Positions 1 to 9,788 of a stretch of DNA of 64,000 nt are shown in pieces. Within the stretch, counting starts at the first letter, position 1. Each line of letters begins with the position of its first letter. The stretch is taken from positions 26,979 to 90,978 of IMG/VR virus record IMGVR_UViG_3300044641_010328. One strand, 5' to 3'. The stretch comes from a virus. The notes beneath the pieces were generated by a model. That model was not told where the DNA came from, made no database searches, and saw nothing but the letters and a program-made list of their open reading frames with translations. The position numbers were made by a program, and so were the translations under genes.

Positions 1-1549
1 TCATTCCTGCAGCTGAGGCTGCATTTCGAAGCGCGCAGCGCACAACTCGAGCCGGATCGATGATTCCCATCTCAAGCATGTCTCCGTACTGCTCAGCATA
101 GGCGTTATATCCGAGACGATCGCTGCCTTCTAGCACACGTGCCAGGACAATATCAGGGACGCCTCCGCTATTCGCAACGATCTGACGAAGAGGCATGCAG
201 CAAGCGGTCCTGACAACATGCCGCCCAGCTGCCTCGGATCCCGTCAGGCTTCCGGATGAGAGCTTGACAGAGGCTCGAGATAGAGCGACGCCGCCGCCGG
301 GGACGATGCCCTCTTTCAGGGCTGCCTGAGTTGCATGTAGCGCGTCGTCAACTCGATCTCGGCGCTCCCTTAGCTCTGCCTCAGTCGCACCGCCGACTCG
401 GAGGACAGCAACACCGCCAGAAAGGAGAGCAAGCCTGCGCCGGCAGTGCTCGCGCTCATCAAGATCCGATGTCTCCTCAGCACGAGACCTGATCTCTGCC
501 ACCCTGTCTGCAAAAGTCTCAGTGTTGCCCTTTGCACCGACAAGTATCGTTTCGCCCTTGCTGATTGTGGCGCGTGTGCAAGATCCCAGGGAATCAAGCG
601 AAACGCTGCCGAGCGACTGGATATCAGCGCTGTGGAAGACTGATGTGCCAAGCAGGCTTGCAAGGTCCTGCGCAAAATCATATCTGCTCTCACCCAGGCC
701 GGGCAGCCTGATCGCGCAGACATTGAGGATGCCCTTCAGCTTGTTGACAACGAGGCCCTGGAGTGCCTCTCCGTCGACATCCTCACAAATGAGAAGCAGC
801 GCTCGCTTGGCAGCGAGGATCCGCTCGAGGAAAGGTGCAAGATCTCGCAAGGTATCAAGGCGCGCATTTAGGACGAGAACAACAGGCTTGTCAAGCTCGC
901 ACACCATCTTGTCCTGATTGGTGACAAAGTAGGGCGACAGGTAGCCTCTGTCAAGGCGTGCACCGGAGACCACACTGAGAGAGCTGTTGAATCCCTTTGC
1001 CTCCTCGACTGTGACAACACCGTCCTGCCCAACAGTCTCAATCGCGGATGCAATCAGTTGCCCAAGATCCGACTCGCCGTTCGCGGAAACTGTGGCAACC
1101 CTGAGCAGATCGTCCTTGCCGTTGACAGGAGAGGAGAGCCTGCTGACCTCCTCGAGCGCAATCTCAACAGCAGCATCGATCCCCTTCTTCAGGTCAGATG
1201 CAGAGTATCCTGCTGCAAGCATCTTGAGACCCTCAGCATAGATCGCCTGCGTGAGGACTGTTGCTGTCGTTGTGCCGTCACCCGCCTCCTCAGCAGTGCG
1301 AGAGGCGGCCTCCTTGATCATCTGCGCACCAAGGTTCGCAACCTTGTCAGACAGGTTGATCGCGCGCGCGACAGTGACTCCGTCCTTTGTTAGAATCGGA
1401 TGCTGTCCTTTCTGCTCAATGATGACATTTCTGCCACGCGGGCCCATCGTCACCTTGACTGCATCAGCAAGGACGTTGACGCCCTTCAGCAACCTGTCTC
1501 GAGTATCAGCATCGAAAATTACGAGCTTGTCTGTCTCTTCGCCGATCAT
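1..1549 (-). CDS. groEL: GroEL-like chaperonin (3' end runs off the window)
   Basis: Not in the ORF track; translated by hand from ATG at 1549 (ATGA overlap with the upstream gene). Reads MIGEETDKLVIFDADTRDRLLKGVNVLADAVKVTMGPRGRNVIIEQ..TKDGVTVA, has the GDGTTTAT ATP motif, and near position 1 reads GDMLEMGIIDPARVVRCALRNAASAAGM. Confidence 0.95.
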   Translation of the reverse strand, partial: MIGEETDKLVIFDADTRDRLLKGVNVLADAVKVTMGPRGRNVIIEQKGQHPILTKDGVTVARAINLSDKVANLGAQMIKEAASRTAEEAGDGTTTATVLTQAIYAEGLKMLAAGYSASDLKKGIDAAVEIALEEVSRLSSPVNGKDDLLRVATVSANGESDLGQLIASAIETVGQDGVVTVEEAKGFNSSLSVVSGARLDRGYLSPYFVTNQDKMVCELDKPVVLVLNARLDTLRDLAPFLERILAAKRALLLICEDVDGEALQGLVVNKLKGILNVCAIRLPGLGESRYDFAQDLASLLGTSVFHSADIQSLGSVSLDSLGSCTRATISKGETILVGAKGNTETFADRVAEIRSRAEETSDLDEREHCRRRLALLSGGVAVLRVGGATEAELRERRDRVDDALHATQAALKEGIVPGGGVALSRASVKLSSGSLTGSEAAGRHVVRTACCMPLRQIVANSGGVPDIVLARVLEGSDRLGYNAYAEQYGDMLEMGIIDPARVVRCALRNAASAAGM

Positions 1550-1734
1550 CCCTTTAGCACCTGTCGACCTGTGACCTCAGAGAGAATGCTCGGCTTCTCA
1601 ATGACGCGACGATTTCCGTTCGTGACATCCTCAGCCACAAAGAGATCGCCGACGCGCTTGGCGACCTCATTCTGTGTGATCACGCCGCTCTGGCGTAGTA
1701 GGGTCTGCTGTGAATCTGTTAGATATGTTTCCAT
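1546..1734 (-). CDS. hypothetical protein (62 aa)
   Basis: ORF coupled to groEL by an ATGA overlap; not GroES-like by eye. Confidence 0.7.
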   Translation of the reverse strand: METYLTDSQQTLLRQSGVITQNEVAKRVGDLFVAEDVTNGNRRVIEKPSILSEVTGRQVLKG

Positions 1735-1760
1735 GAGAAAATCATAGTCACCTTTTCGAT

Positions 1761-2561
1761 CTAGTAAATAACCTCAAATGTTTGAGCAAACTTCGGCCAT
1801 GCAGTGTCATTGATGACCGAGAAGAATCGCATGTCAAGAAAGCGAGACCTCAGAGCGCTCAGATCCTTGACCGGCTCCTTGAACTCGATCTCAGGCATGC
1901 TCACGATCTTGAAGCGAATGAGCTCAAGGTTGCGCGCATAGTCAGCACGATTTGTTCCCTCGTTCAGAAAGCTCTCGAGCTTGTCGGGATTTGCGAGCAT
2001 CTTCTCTGCTGCCTTATCTGTCATCTTTCCAACTGGAGGAACATTATCTGTCTTATCGCCTCGCAGCGCCTTCCAGGCGACGTAGTCGTAGGTGACACCT
2101 TCCGTGTATGTCTTCTTGATGGGATTGAAGAGCTTAACATTGGGCAGCGCTAGAAGCTGGATGAAGTCAGTATCTGTGGAGACAACGAAGCACTCATCGT
2201 CAGCGTGCGCATGGACAAGCGATGCGATGGTGTCATCACATTCCATGTCTGGGTGCTTGGCAAGGGTGATCGGCACGTGCTGGAGCATATCAATGATGAT
2301 GCGCTTCTGCCGACGAAACTCTGCCATCTCGTCCCACTTTGGAGTTCCGGGCTCAATCTGCCGGTTTGCCTTGTATTCACCGTCAAGCTGCTGACGATGG
2401 ATTGGCACGCCTTCCAGCACAAGATAGATCTTGTCGGGTGAGAGCTCCTCAATCAAGGGTCGAAGGCTCCGAAAGAAGGTGTAGATGATTCCATTCTCAC
2501 CCTTTGCACCGAATCGAGAGCGATGCATCAGGTTGTAGCCGTCAAGGAGCGCGATTCGCAT
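1761..2561 (-). CDS. 5'-3' exonuclease / flap endonuclease (T4 RNase H / PolI 5' domain-like)
   Basis: LLDGYNL, ECDD, STDTDFIQL and ALRGDKTDNVPPVG (H3TH) motifs. Confidence 0.9.
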   Translation of the reverse strand: MRIALLDGYNLMHRSRFGAKGENGIIYTFFRSLRPLIEELSPDKIYLVLEGVPIHRQQLDGEYKANRQIEPGTPKWDEMAEFRRQKRIIIDMLQHVPITLAKHPDMECDDTIASLVHAHADDECFVVSTDTDFIQLLALPNVKLFNPIKKTYTEGVTYDYVAWKALRGDKTDNVPPVGKMTDKAAEKMLANPDKLESFLNEGTNRADYARNLELIRFKIVSMPEIEFKEPVKDLSALRSRFLDMRFFSVINDTAWPKFAQTFEVIY

Positions 2562-2579
2562 TTAGGTTTACCTCTTCCT

Positions 2580-2918
2580 CTATTCTACACCATCTTGGTC
2601 GTCTCGCACGGGATCGCGCGAGGCCGCTTCCTCATTGAGGGCGCGTGACATGCGAGACGCCTTCTCGATCATCGTGTCGATCGTCTTGATCGCGTTTTCA
2701 ATCATGTGCGTCCGAATATCCTGAACTGTCGTGAACACAGAAGCGTCGATGTCTGATAGGCTCACAGTGTTCCGGTCCTTTGTGGGAAGCGCAACCTTGT
2801 AGCTCACTTCCTCAGATCCTACTCTCTTCCTAACGATCTCCTCCTCAACGCGAGCAGGAAAAATCTTCATCTCATTGTTGCTCAAGAGGTAGATAATCTG
2901 TCCAACTTCATATTTCAT
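2580..2918 (-). CDS. hypothetical protein
   Basis: 112 aa ORF, GGAG upstream, fits the gene packing. Confidence 0.75.
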   Translation of the reverse strand: MKYEVGQIIYLLSNNEMKIFPARVEEEIVRKRVGSEEVSYKVALPTKDRNTVSLSDIDASVFTTVQDIRTHMIENAIKTIDTMIEKASRMSRALNEEAASRDPVRDDQDGVE

Positions 2919-2956
2919 AAAAAAACTCCAGCCTGCTAAGTCTAACAGGCTGGAGT
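2919..2956 (-). terminator. intrinsic terminator hairpin overlapping the RBS of the next gene
   Basis: 11-bp inverted repeat ACTCCAGCCTG/CAGGCTGGAGT with a 10-nt loop, followed by a T-run on the minus strand. Confidence 0.7.
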
Positions 2957-2980
2957 AGATTTTTTAATATTATCTTCTAT

Positions 2981-3526
2981 TTAGCGCTTAAAACCAACTC
3001 CAAATCCGCCACGAGCAACCTGGCCGACGCGAGAAGCGCCTGGCTTGTTGGCGCCGTAGACCCAAGAGCCGCTCTTGTCCGACAATGCTCTTCTGATCTC
3101 GTCCTGGACAGTCTCGCGAACTGTGGCTTCCTCAAGGCGACGCTGACGCATGTCAACGAGCGCCTCCATGAGTGACATCTCATCAATCTCGTACATCTCG
3201 TCGTCGTCGATCATGCCACCCATCTCTTCCATGTGGTAGCCCTCGTCCTCGCCTTCCATGTAGTGGCCTTCGTACTCACCTTCCTCCATGTAGTAGCCCT
3301 CGTCCTCTTCCTCCATCTTTGGAGCAATGGGAGCAGCGCCTGGCTTTGCTGCGGGTGCGGGAGCCATCGGCTTCTTGGCAGCCATTGGGGGCATCGGAGG
3401 TGCCTTAGCGCCAGCAGCAGGAGCAGCAGGCTTTCCCATGGCGGGTGCGGCTGCCTCAGAAAGAAGGCCACCGGACGCAGCACCTAAGCCGGCAAGCTCA
3501 CAGATACGATCGACGTTAAAGCGCAT
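2981..3526 (-). CDS. hypothetical low-complexity protein (P/A/K-rich plus acidic EGYxME repeats), possibly head-internal
   Basis: 181 aa ORF with AGGAG RBS. Confidence 0.75.
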   Translation of the reverse strand: MRFNVDRICELAGLGAASGGLLSEAAAPAMGKPAAPAAGAKAPPMPPMAAKKPMAPAPAAKPGAAPIAPKMEEEDEGYYMEEGEYEGHYMEGEDEGYHMEEMGGMIDDDEMYEIDEMSLMEALVDMRQRRLEEATVRETVQDEIRRALSDKSGSWVYGANKPGASRVGQVARGGFGVGFKR

Positions 3527-3550
3527 AAAAACTCCTATGACATCGACTAT

Positions 3551-3892
3551 CTATCCATCAGCAGCAGTTTTTTCCGACTGCTTCATAATTTTTTCGCCTT
3601 TCTGCATCGCCTGCTCGAGAGGTTCGAGACCAAGGGCAGATCGAACAGCATCAAAAGAGGCAGGAGATAGAGATGACTTCAGCACTGCCATGTCTGCATA
3701 CTGGTGCATATCAAGCTGGAAGATAGGCAGCTGATCACCGTCAGGGCTTGTCTCAGACTCGTCTGTCTCTCTCGACTCAAGGATGTACAGAAGCTTTGGC
3801 ATCTCCTCTCCATCCGGAACGTGAATAAACGGGAATCGAGCAGAGACGCCGTTGTCGTCAAGCTCGTAAGAAATCTCAGGATACCAAGTCAT
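3551..3892 (-). CDS. hypothetical protein
   Basis: 113 aa ORF with AGGA RBS. Confidence 0.75.
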   Translation of the reverse strand: MTWYPEISYELDDNGVSARFPFIHVPDGEEMPKLLYILESRETDESETSPDGDQLPIFQLDMHQYADMAVLKSSLSPASFDAVRSALGLEPLEQAMQKGEKIMKQSEKTAADG

Positions 3893-3941
3893 TTTATTCC
3901 TAATGTATGATTCTTAGCATCAGAGGCACAAAGTAAAACGT

Positions 3942-4811
3942 CTACCTTGTTCCAGTTATTTCATTGATGTGAATCCGGGCGCGCTTTATCTCATCATCTT
4001 TTGATATTCTACTGAAGGTATCTTCGTAGACTTTTTGAAGTTTAGACTTCAATTGCTCATCATTTCTAATGCCCTTAGATTCAAGGATTTTTACATCATC
4101 GCCAAGGGCAGTCTGGATCATATCTGCGCAGTGAACTATTAGATAGGTGTAAGTAAACTTCTTCAGAGTTTCAGTTTTTCCTGCTTCTTGGCTAGTGTTT
4201 GTTATGAGGGTATCAAGGTCACCCTTGACGCTATCTGTGTACCCAGGAAAATTTGAAAAGAATTCATCATAGCTGTTTGCAACTAGAAGCTTATCTGTTT
4301 TTTCTTTGTAGTTTTGTTCAAGCTTTGAAAAAGAAGTTGCTAAATCGTCAGTGCTCGTAGCAAGATCCTTAGTTTGCAGAGCTCCTGATAGACTCCTCAT
4401 TTTCTTGTTGACTATTGCTACAACCTTTGTGTAAAAATCAGCAGCAGCATCTGTGGCATCTGATTTTTGTTTTTCATTCGCGCCCGAGTTTCCGCCGGAA
4501 AGCGCATATGCTGCTGCACCAACGCCCGCAACCGCACCAACTGCGCCCCTGGGTGCAGATGCCCATGCAGTTGAAACAGCCTTAACGAGGCCAGGTCCCC
4601 TTTTTACAGGAATTGCTGCGGAGCCTACTGTCCAAAGTGAAGTGATTCCTGCTTTTAAATTCTTGACAAAAGCTGTCTCTTCTTCGCCTGCTGGCTGTGG
4701 GGTTTCTATCTCTTTCCCGCCAATTATTTTTCTCTGAGTTCGAATCCAGGTTGCCTGTCCGACTTCCTCAAAAAGAAGCGACTGCCTAATATAGAATCTT
4801 AGGGCATTCAT
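3942..4811 (-). CDS. hypothetical protein with a Gly/Ala-rich hydrophobic segment
   Basis: 289 aa ORF, ATGA-coupled to the upstream gene. Confidence 0.75.
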   Translation of the reverse strand: MNALRFYIRQSLLFEEVGQATWIRTQRKIIGGKEIETPQPAGEEETAFVKNLKAGITSLWTVGSAAIPVKRGPGLVKAVSTAWASAPRGAVGAVAGVGAAAYALSGGNSGANEKQKSDATDAAADFYTKVVAIVNKKMRSLSGALQTKDLATSTDDLATSFSKLEQNYKEKTDKLLVANSYDEFFSNFPGYTDSVKGDLDTLITNTSQEAGKTETLKKFTYTYLIVHCADMIQTALGDDVKILESKGIRNDEQLKSKLQKVYEDTFSRISKDDEIKRARIHINEITGTR

Positions 4812-5023
4812 ATGTCATCCTCTGTGAGCACACCCACTCTCAATCCGTGTCTTGCTGCCCTTCTTTTGAGATCCCGAAGGCTCTCCATGGCACGAGATAT
4901 CGTGAACCTCTCCTTTCTCTCGAGCCTGCCAAGGTGCCCACGCACACCATCGAGGTCACCGAGGATCCGATCAAGCTCGTGAAGGTACTCAAGAGTCCCG
5001 TAATTTTCAGGTATCTTTGCCAT
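4808..5023 (-). CDS. hypothetical protein
   Basis: 71 aa ORF overlapping both neighbours. Confidence 0.65.
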   Translation of the reverse strand: MAKIPENYGTLEYLHELDRILGDLDGVRGHLGRLERKERFTISRAMESLRDLKRRAARHGLRVGVLTEDDI

Positions 5024-5213
5024 CAGAATCTAAGTATTCTGCAGCGGCACGTTTGAAGGCCGTGTCTGACGCATCACGAAAGAATCTTACGATCATTGAG
5101 TCGGTGACAGCACTCGCTGGAACAGAATGCTTCTTGGCAATGTGCTCCTCAAGCGCCTGAGTGACCTCAAGCTCCATATTTCCGCTAGGCGTTGATAGAT
5201 TTATTCTTCTCAT
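5007..5213 (-). CDS. hypothetical protein
   Basis: 68 aa ORF fitting the gene packing. Confidence 0.65.
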   Translation of the reverse strand: MRRINLSTPSGNMELEVTQALEEHIAKKHSVPASAVTDSMIVRFFRDASDTAFKRAAAEYLDSDGKDT

Positions 5214-5222
5214 GGAAGAAAT

Positions 5223-5930
5223 CTACGCCAGATTATTTCTCAGTAAATTACGGATCTTGGCACGATATGCCTCAGATACTGGGCTTCCTCCGCCTACCCT
5301 GATTGGGGGTGCTGTATCTTCTTCTGCGGATCCTGACGCCCCCTTTGGTGCGCTCGGAGCTGCAGCTGCCGGCGCCGGAGCAGCCTTCTTCTCTTGTCCA
5401 GGTGTCACAGTGGTCATGATGCCATACTGCTCAGGCTCTGCCGCCTGATCGCCTGTTGACTGCTGACGCATGATGGATCCAATGCTCCTCATCATGACAA
5501 CAAGCGCAGCCTTCTCAGCATGCTCAAGCCTGTCAAAGTATGTGCGAAGCTGCTCCTCGACAGCGCTGTCGCTTGAGCCCTTTCCACCGCGAATCTCCTT
5601 AATTGCATCAACTAGATCTCCAATCTCTGGATTGATCTGGTCAATTGACATCTCCTTGGGCGTGGGCGAGGTCTCAGCAGGTGTGGGTGCTGGCTTCTCC
5701 TCTGCAGGAGGAGGAGCGGCCGGAGCGGGAGAAGGGGGTGTCTTCTCGGGATCTTCCTCTGAGAGAGATGCCTTGCTCGCAGCGATCCGCTTGATCATTG
5801 AGGCTTGACGTCCAGCCTCTCCGGATCCAGCCTGGCTAACAGTCGCACGAGCGCTGTGGACACTTTCCTCAGCGAGCACCTTGAGAAATAGCTCAAGGTC
5901 GTTCTTCGTGTTCAGCTTGAATGTGCTCAC
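5223..5930 (-). CDS. hypothetical protein, P/A-rich linkers, possibly head-internal
   Basis: 235 aa ORF, GTG start; N-terminal LKVLAEE motif shared with 6794..9166. Confidence 0.8.
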   Translation of the reverse strand: MSTFKLNTKNDLELFLKVLAEESVHSARATVSQAGSGEAGRQASMIKRIAASKASLSEEDPEKTPPSPAPAAPPPAEEKPAPTPAETSPTPKEMSIDQINPEIGDLVDAIKEIRGGKGSSDSAVEEQLRTYFDRLEHAEKAALVVMMRSIGSIMRQQSTGDQAAEPEQYGIMTTVTPGQEKKAAPAPAAAAPSAPKGASGSAEEDTAPPIRVGGGSPVSEAYRAKIRNLLRNNLA

Positions 5931-6100
5931 TTTCCGCTCCTGTAGACGATCCTGTTCTGCGGGAGCTCTCTGTAGAGCTTATTATATCTGCGCTGCGGAT
6001 GCTCTTCCTGCCCGTGGCCGTACTCCTCGAGAAGGCGTCGACTCTCTTCCTCGCGCTTGCAGATGTCATCTATGAACTTGTCAAACTTGAAATCCTGCAT
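5927..6100 (-). CDS. hypothetical protein (57 aa, below the track cutoff)
   Basis: Hand-translated MQDFKFDKFIDDICKREEESRRLLEEY...; GGAG RBS; GTGA overlap with the next gene. Confidence 0.7.
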   Translation of the reverse strand: MQDFKFDKFIDDICKREEESRRLLEEYGHGQEEHPQRRYNKLYRELPQNRIVYRSGK

Positions 6101-6126
6101 GGGATTCTCCGATTAATCTTTATTTA

Positions 6127-6444
6127 TTACGAACAAACGCTGATGATCAATCTTCCGCCTTCCGGTGATTGCTCCCATCCTGCCTGCTTTATTACGCCCC
6201 TGACAGATAGCTCTCCGCTCCCAATTGAGAGAACAGCATCGATGCCGAGGTAATTCTTGCAGATCCTGATGGCATCAGCTGGCTTTCCACGCGCCTGCAC
6301 GCGTAAATTTTTTCCATCAGAGATGAAAGAATCAAGATCGTACCGCGCTCCTGCAATCTCTATTGTACCAATATTCTCGTTTTCACCATCAATTTCTGTC
6401 TCGTCAATGATTCCAACGAGAGAATCGCTCAGGAAGAAGCTCAT
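6127..6444 (-). CDS. hypothetical protein
   Basis: 105 aa ORF, ATGA-coupled; N-terminus MSFFLSDSL resembles its neighbour's MSFYFLNESL. Confidence 0.7.
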   Translation of the reverse strand: MSFFLSDSLVGIIDETEIDGENENIGTIEIAGARYDLDSFISDGKNLRVQARGKPADAIRICKNYLGIDAVLSIGSGELSVRGVIKQAGWEQSPEGGRLIISVCS

Positions 6445-6794
6445 TGTGCCATCACCACGAAGAGTGCGTCATCAAAGATGTTGTCACAGATCCTCGCAAT
6501 GTCAAGATCAAGCTGCGTAATGTCTTCAAGAAAGCTTGTGCGTGTCTCAACGATGACCACGTTTGATTCAATCCCGATCTTGATTGCGTGATTTCTAGTG
6601 TCAACGTCCTTTAAGACCTCAGATACAAAGTACCTCTGTTGACCAGGATCGTTAAATCTGTAGGCTCTTGCAAGTCGCCTCGGATTCTGAAGCTGTGCCC
6701 ATTCTGATTTATCAATTTTTACTGGCAAATCAGGCGCGTCAATAGAGTCTTGAACTGATCCTCTTAGCGACTCATTTAGAAAGTAGAAGCTCAT
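6441..6794 (-). CDS. pterin-4-alpha-carbinolamine dehydratase (PCD/DCoH)-like protein, divergent
   Basis: W..L.R.Y.F, NH (canonical HH), T.T...IT.LD..IA..CD pattern. Confidence 0.6.
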   Translation of the reverse strand: MSFYFLNESLRGSVQDSIDAPDLPVKIDKSEWAQLQNPRRLARAYRFNDPGQQRYFVSEVLKDVDTRNHAIKIGIESNVVIVETRTSFLEDITQLDLDIARICDNIFDDALFVVMAQ

Positions 6795-9166
6795 TATGCC
6801 TCTGGTTGAGATTCTATCATGTCATATGCAAACTTGATAATTTCGTTGACATTTTTCTTAGTGGATGTTGCTGCCTTTACCTTCTTTCCCTTAGCATCCA
6901 GAGACTTCTTGAATGCCTCTGACATCGTCTCAAACTGAGCTTCCATTTCTAGTAAGAAGGCTTCTATGTTTTCATTAATTGCTGTCTCAACCTCGGGAGT
7001 TTCCATCTCGTCCTTTCTCGCGCGAGCTGCCAGGATCTTCTCTCCGACAATGTCGAATATTTCTTCTGGGTTTATAGAGCTAAATTTATCAAACGTGAGC
7101 TTCTCGCCTTTTTCAAGCTTACCCTGGGAAACAAGCGCCTTCTGAATGACTCCTCCGTACTTGCTTATCACATCAATGGATTCCTCATCGATGTAATTCA
7201 GTATCAGACGCTTTATCTGAGAAGGCGAGAGATCTCTCCTCCTAGCCATGATGTTATACTTTGTAGTGAGCTCAACAGTCCTAATTAGAGCGCGAAGCTG
7301 CTCATCAGACTCTTTTGTGAAAAGATACCTGACAGTTGATATCTCATCAAGCCCTAGCGTCTCGTATCTCTTCTCGTCAGCGCTGGTAAGATCTGGCTTT
7401 GTTACAAGGTTGAAGAGCTGTGCGATGTTAGGGACGACCTCGTTGATATCATCACCTGTGTCAGGGCTAGTGATAAGATTCTGGCAGGCTCTGACAATTA
7501 AGGATATCCATTCTTTCATTTCGACCAAGGACAAAAATTTCTTGTAATCTTCCAGTCCCATTGTCTGGTATGTCTCTTCAAAATCTGCCTCGGGATCATC
7601 TTCAACAACTCTCTGGAAAACAAGTTTCGCAATAGGAGTGAAAGCATTGTTGAAGAAGCTTTCAGCAAGAATCTCAGCAGCAGCGCCTGCGAAAGTCTTC
7701 GTCACGATCTCGCCTTCTTCAGTGCCCTCTATGTCCTCGAGATCTGGATCAAGGATGGAAGGCCTACCTCTTGCCATCAACCCAATCTTCTGATATCTGT
7801 CTCGCTCTATGTTCTTGGAGATCTGATTGATGGTTTCTTCTTGCTCATCTTTTGACATGCTGTTGAAGTCTGATGTGCTCTTTCCAAGCTTCTTTAGCTG
7901 CTTCTCGAATGCCGAAGGATCTTCGCTTTGCATTGCTTCTGCTTCTGCACGAGAAAACTGACTACCTAGATTAGCCTGAAGGGTCGCTGCTCTCTTCTTC
8001 TTGTCTTGAGCCTTCTCAGCAGCAGCATCGAGCTTTCTCTGCTCCTTTTCACCCCTCGCTGTCAAAGCTGCCAAGGCCTTGTCGTGCATGGCGCGGCGTG
8101 CTTTGTCAAATTCTGACCGAAACGCTGCTTCGTATTCCTGGTCATTAAATGGGAAATTTCTGAGAATATAGTAAACAGTATCCTCTGTGCGACCACCTGG
8201 ATATTCAGCTGTGACAGCAATTGGGCCACCCGTGTGAACAATTGGTATCCTGAGCTCCTTCGCTAGATCCGGTCTTGGCGGGCTTGCGAGATCTGTGAAT
8301 CTGACTCTCCTAACATGTGTTGGCTCATCCATGCCATCAAGCTTTGCCATCAATGACTCTATATCAATTCCGATCTTTGCATCTTCAAAATTCTTAGGAA
8401 GTCCTAGCCCGGACTTCTCAAAAACATCAAGAACTCTATTTGCATCTCCTGACACGATGTCTGCCATCTCGATCTTTGACTGATCTCTGATTTGACGCAT
8501 TGCAATCAGATCAGGTGCCATTGTCCACTTTTGACGCATCGCTTCAAGCTCATCGATCTCGTGAGACTTCAGCCTCTTCCCGCCGATTGAGACAATTGGT
8601 GACGAAGCAGCAGTCGCGCGCGCTGCTGTTTGTGCAAGCTTCTCTGCTTTTCTTTCGTCGCCCTTCTTCTTCGATCTTGGCTTTTTTGGACCCTCGTATC
8701 TATCTTTTGTTGGGCCAGAACGAAACCCAGTATCGGGCTTCTCATCAGAGTCAGAGTCTTCCTCGTCTCCAGCCGGTATAAGGCTTCTTAGGCTTGCCTC
8801 TTTGAGCACAATCGGTCTAAGAACTTCCATGAGATCTGTCTCACTCATGCCCTTGTATTGTTCGGGGGCCTTTGATTTGCGCACAAGGTCCTTAATTCGA
8901 GAATAGAAGTACTGGACCTTTCCAGGATCAACCTCCTGTGACATCTGTGCTGCTGCCTGAGAGAGCTGCCGCTTGTTTACCGGTAGAAAGTCAGGATCAC
9001 CTACGGGAACCTTGTCAGCTGATAGCTGAGAAGCCATCTGCGCATCTGGTAGCACAGGCCTATCAGTCCCGGCAATCTGTGTCTGGTCTCTGGTGTGAAA
9101 GCTTCTTTCTTCTGCCAGGACTTTTAGGAGCTGCTCAAGTGCTCGCTTCTTGACTACAACCTGCAT
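6794..9166 (-). CDS. large acidic/helical hypothetical protein (790 aa), possibly head-internal
   Basis: Long ORF; no recognised catalytic motif. Confidence 0.8.
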   Translation of the reverse strand: MQVVVKKRALEQLLKVLAEERSFHTRDQTQIAGTDRPVLPDAQMASQLSADKVPVGDPDFLPVNKRQLSQAAAQMSQEVDPGKVQYFYSRIKDLVRKSKAPEQYKGMSETDLMEVLRPIVLKEASLRSLIPAGDEEDSDSDEKPDTGFRSGPTKDRYEGPKKPRSKKKGDERKAEKLAQTAARATAASSPIVSIGGKRLKSHEIDELEAMRQKWTMAPDLIAMRQIRDQSKIEMADIVSGDANRVLDVFEKSGLGLPKNFEDAKIGIDIESLMAKLDGMDEPTHVRRVRFTDLASPPRPDLAKELRIPIVHTGGPIAVTAEYPGGRTEDTVYYILRNFPFNDQEYEAAFRSEFDKARRAMHDKALAALTARGEKEQRKLDAAAEKAQDKKKRAATLQANLGSQFSRAEAEAMQSEDPSAFEKQLKKLGKSTSDFNSMSKDEQEETINQISKNIERDRYQKIGLMARGRPSILDPDLEDIEGTEEGEIVTKTFAGAAAEILAESFFNNAFTPIAKLVFQRVVEDDPEADFEETYQTMGLEDYKKFLSLVEMKEWISLIVRACQNLITSPDTGDDINEVVPNIAQLFNLVTKPDLTSADEKRYETLGLDEISTVRYLFTKESDEQLRALIRTVELTTKYNIMARRRDLSPSQIKRLILNYIDEESIDVISKYGGVIQKALVSQGKLEKGEKLTFDKFSSINPEEIFDIVGEKILAARARKDEMETPEVETAINENIEAFLLEMEAQFETMSEAFKKSLDAKGKKVKAATSTKKNVNEIIKFAYDMIESQPEA

Positions 9167-9202
9167 ATTTTACACCCTTTGTGAGTAAATATATGCACAG
9201 AT

Positions 9203-9484
9203 TCAATTGGTGAAATCAGATCCTGCCTTTCTTGCAGAGAACTTTTGCGTTTTAGATCTCGCCTCTTCCTTGTCTGCTAGATCTCCAAGCGCCCTAATGA
9301 GATTTGCTTGGATGAGAGCAAGTGTTGCGAGTGCACGTGCAAAATCAGCAATCTTTGTCTCAGCTGATTCAATCTTACTGTGGATCTCTCTCTGATTTTC
9401 CTCAATCTTCTGAAGCCTATCGAGGATCAGATTGACACCTGTCAGGTCCATCAGGAGATGTTGCGCACGCTTTGTCAGATTCAT
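9203..9484 (-). CDS. hypothetical coiled-coil protein
   Basis: 93 aa ORF, ATGA-coupled. Confidence 0.65.
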   Translation of the reverse strand: MNLTKRAQHLLMDLTGVNLILDRLQKIEENQREIHSKIESAETKIADFARALATLALIQANLIRALGDLADKEEARSKTQKFSARKAGSDFTN

Positions 9485-9786
9485 GAATTGTCTCTTAGAG
9501 GATTTTCTAACTCTAAGATATCATAGATCGCATCTGAATCTGTGTTATCAAGCTTCTTGATCTCTTTTTGCAATTTCTTCCTATTGACAGACTTCAAGAT
9601 CGCAATCATGTCCGGATGCCCAGTGCTGACAAGATGTGCAAATTCCTCAAATACTTCCTGCATACTCACTTTGTGCGTAAAGCAAGCAATTCTAAATCCT
9701 GCATGCGAGGAAGTTGAAAGGCTTACGTGAACTGACTTCTTTGTGGCAAAGTCTATTAGAGTCTTCTCTTTTTTTGTTCTTGCCAT
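9481..9786 (-). CDS. hypothetical protein (possibly ribbon-helix-helix-like)
   Basis: KKSVHVSL strand followed by two helices; weak. Confidence 0.6.
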   Translation of the reverse strand: MARTKKEKTLIDFATKKSVHVSLSTSSHAGFRIACFTHKVSMQEVFEEFAHLVSTGHPDMIAILKSVNRKKLQKEIKKLDNTDSDAIYDILELENPLRDNS

Positions 9787-9788
9787 TT

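Noticed and set aside
1546-1734. groES
   Set aside because: The ORF is too short and lacks the PL.DRV and mobile-loop GGI motifs.
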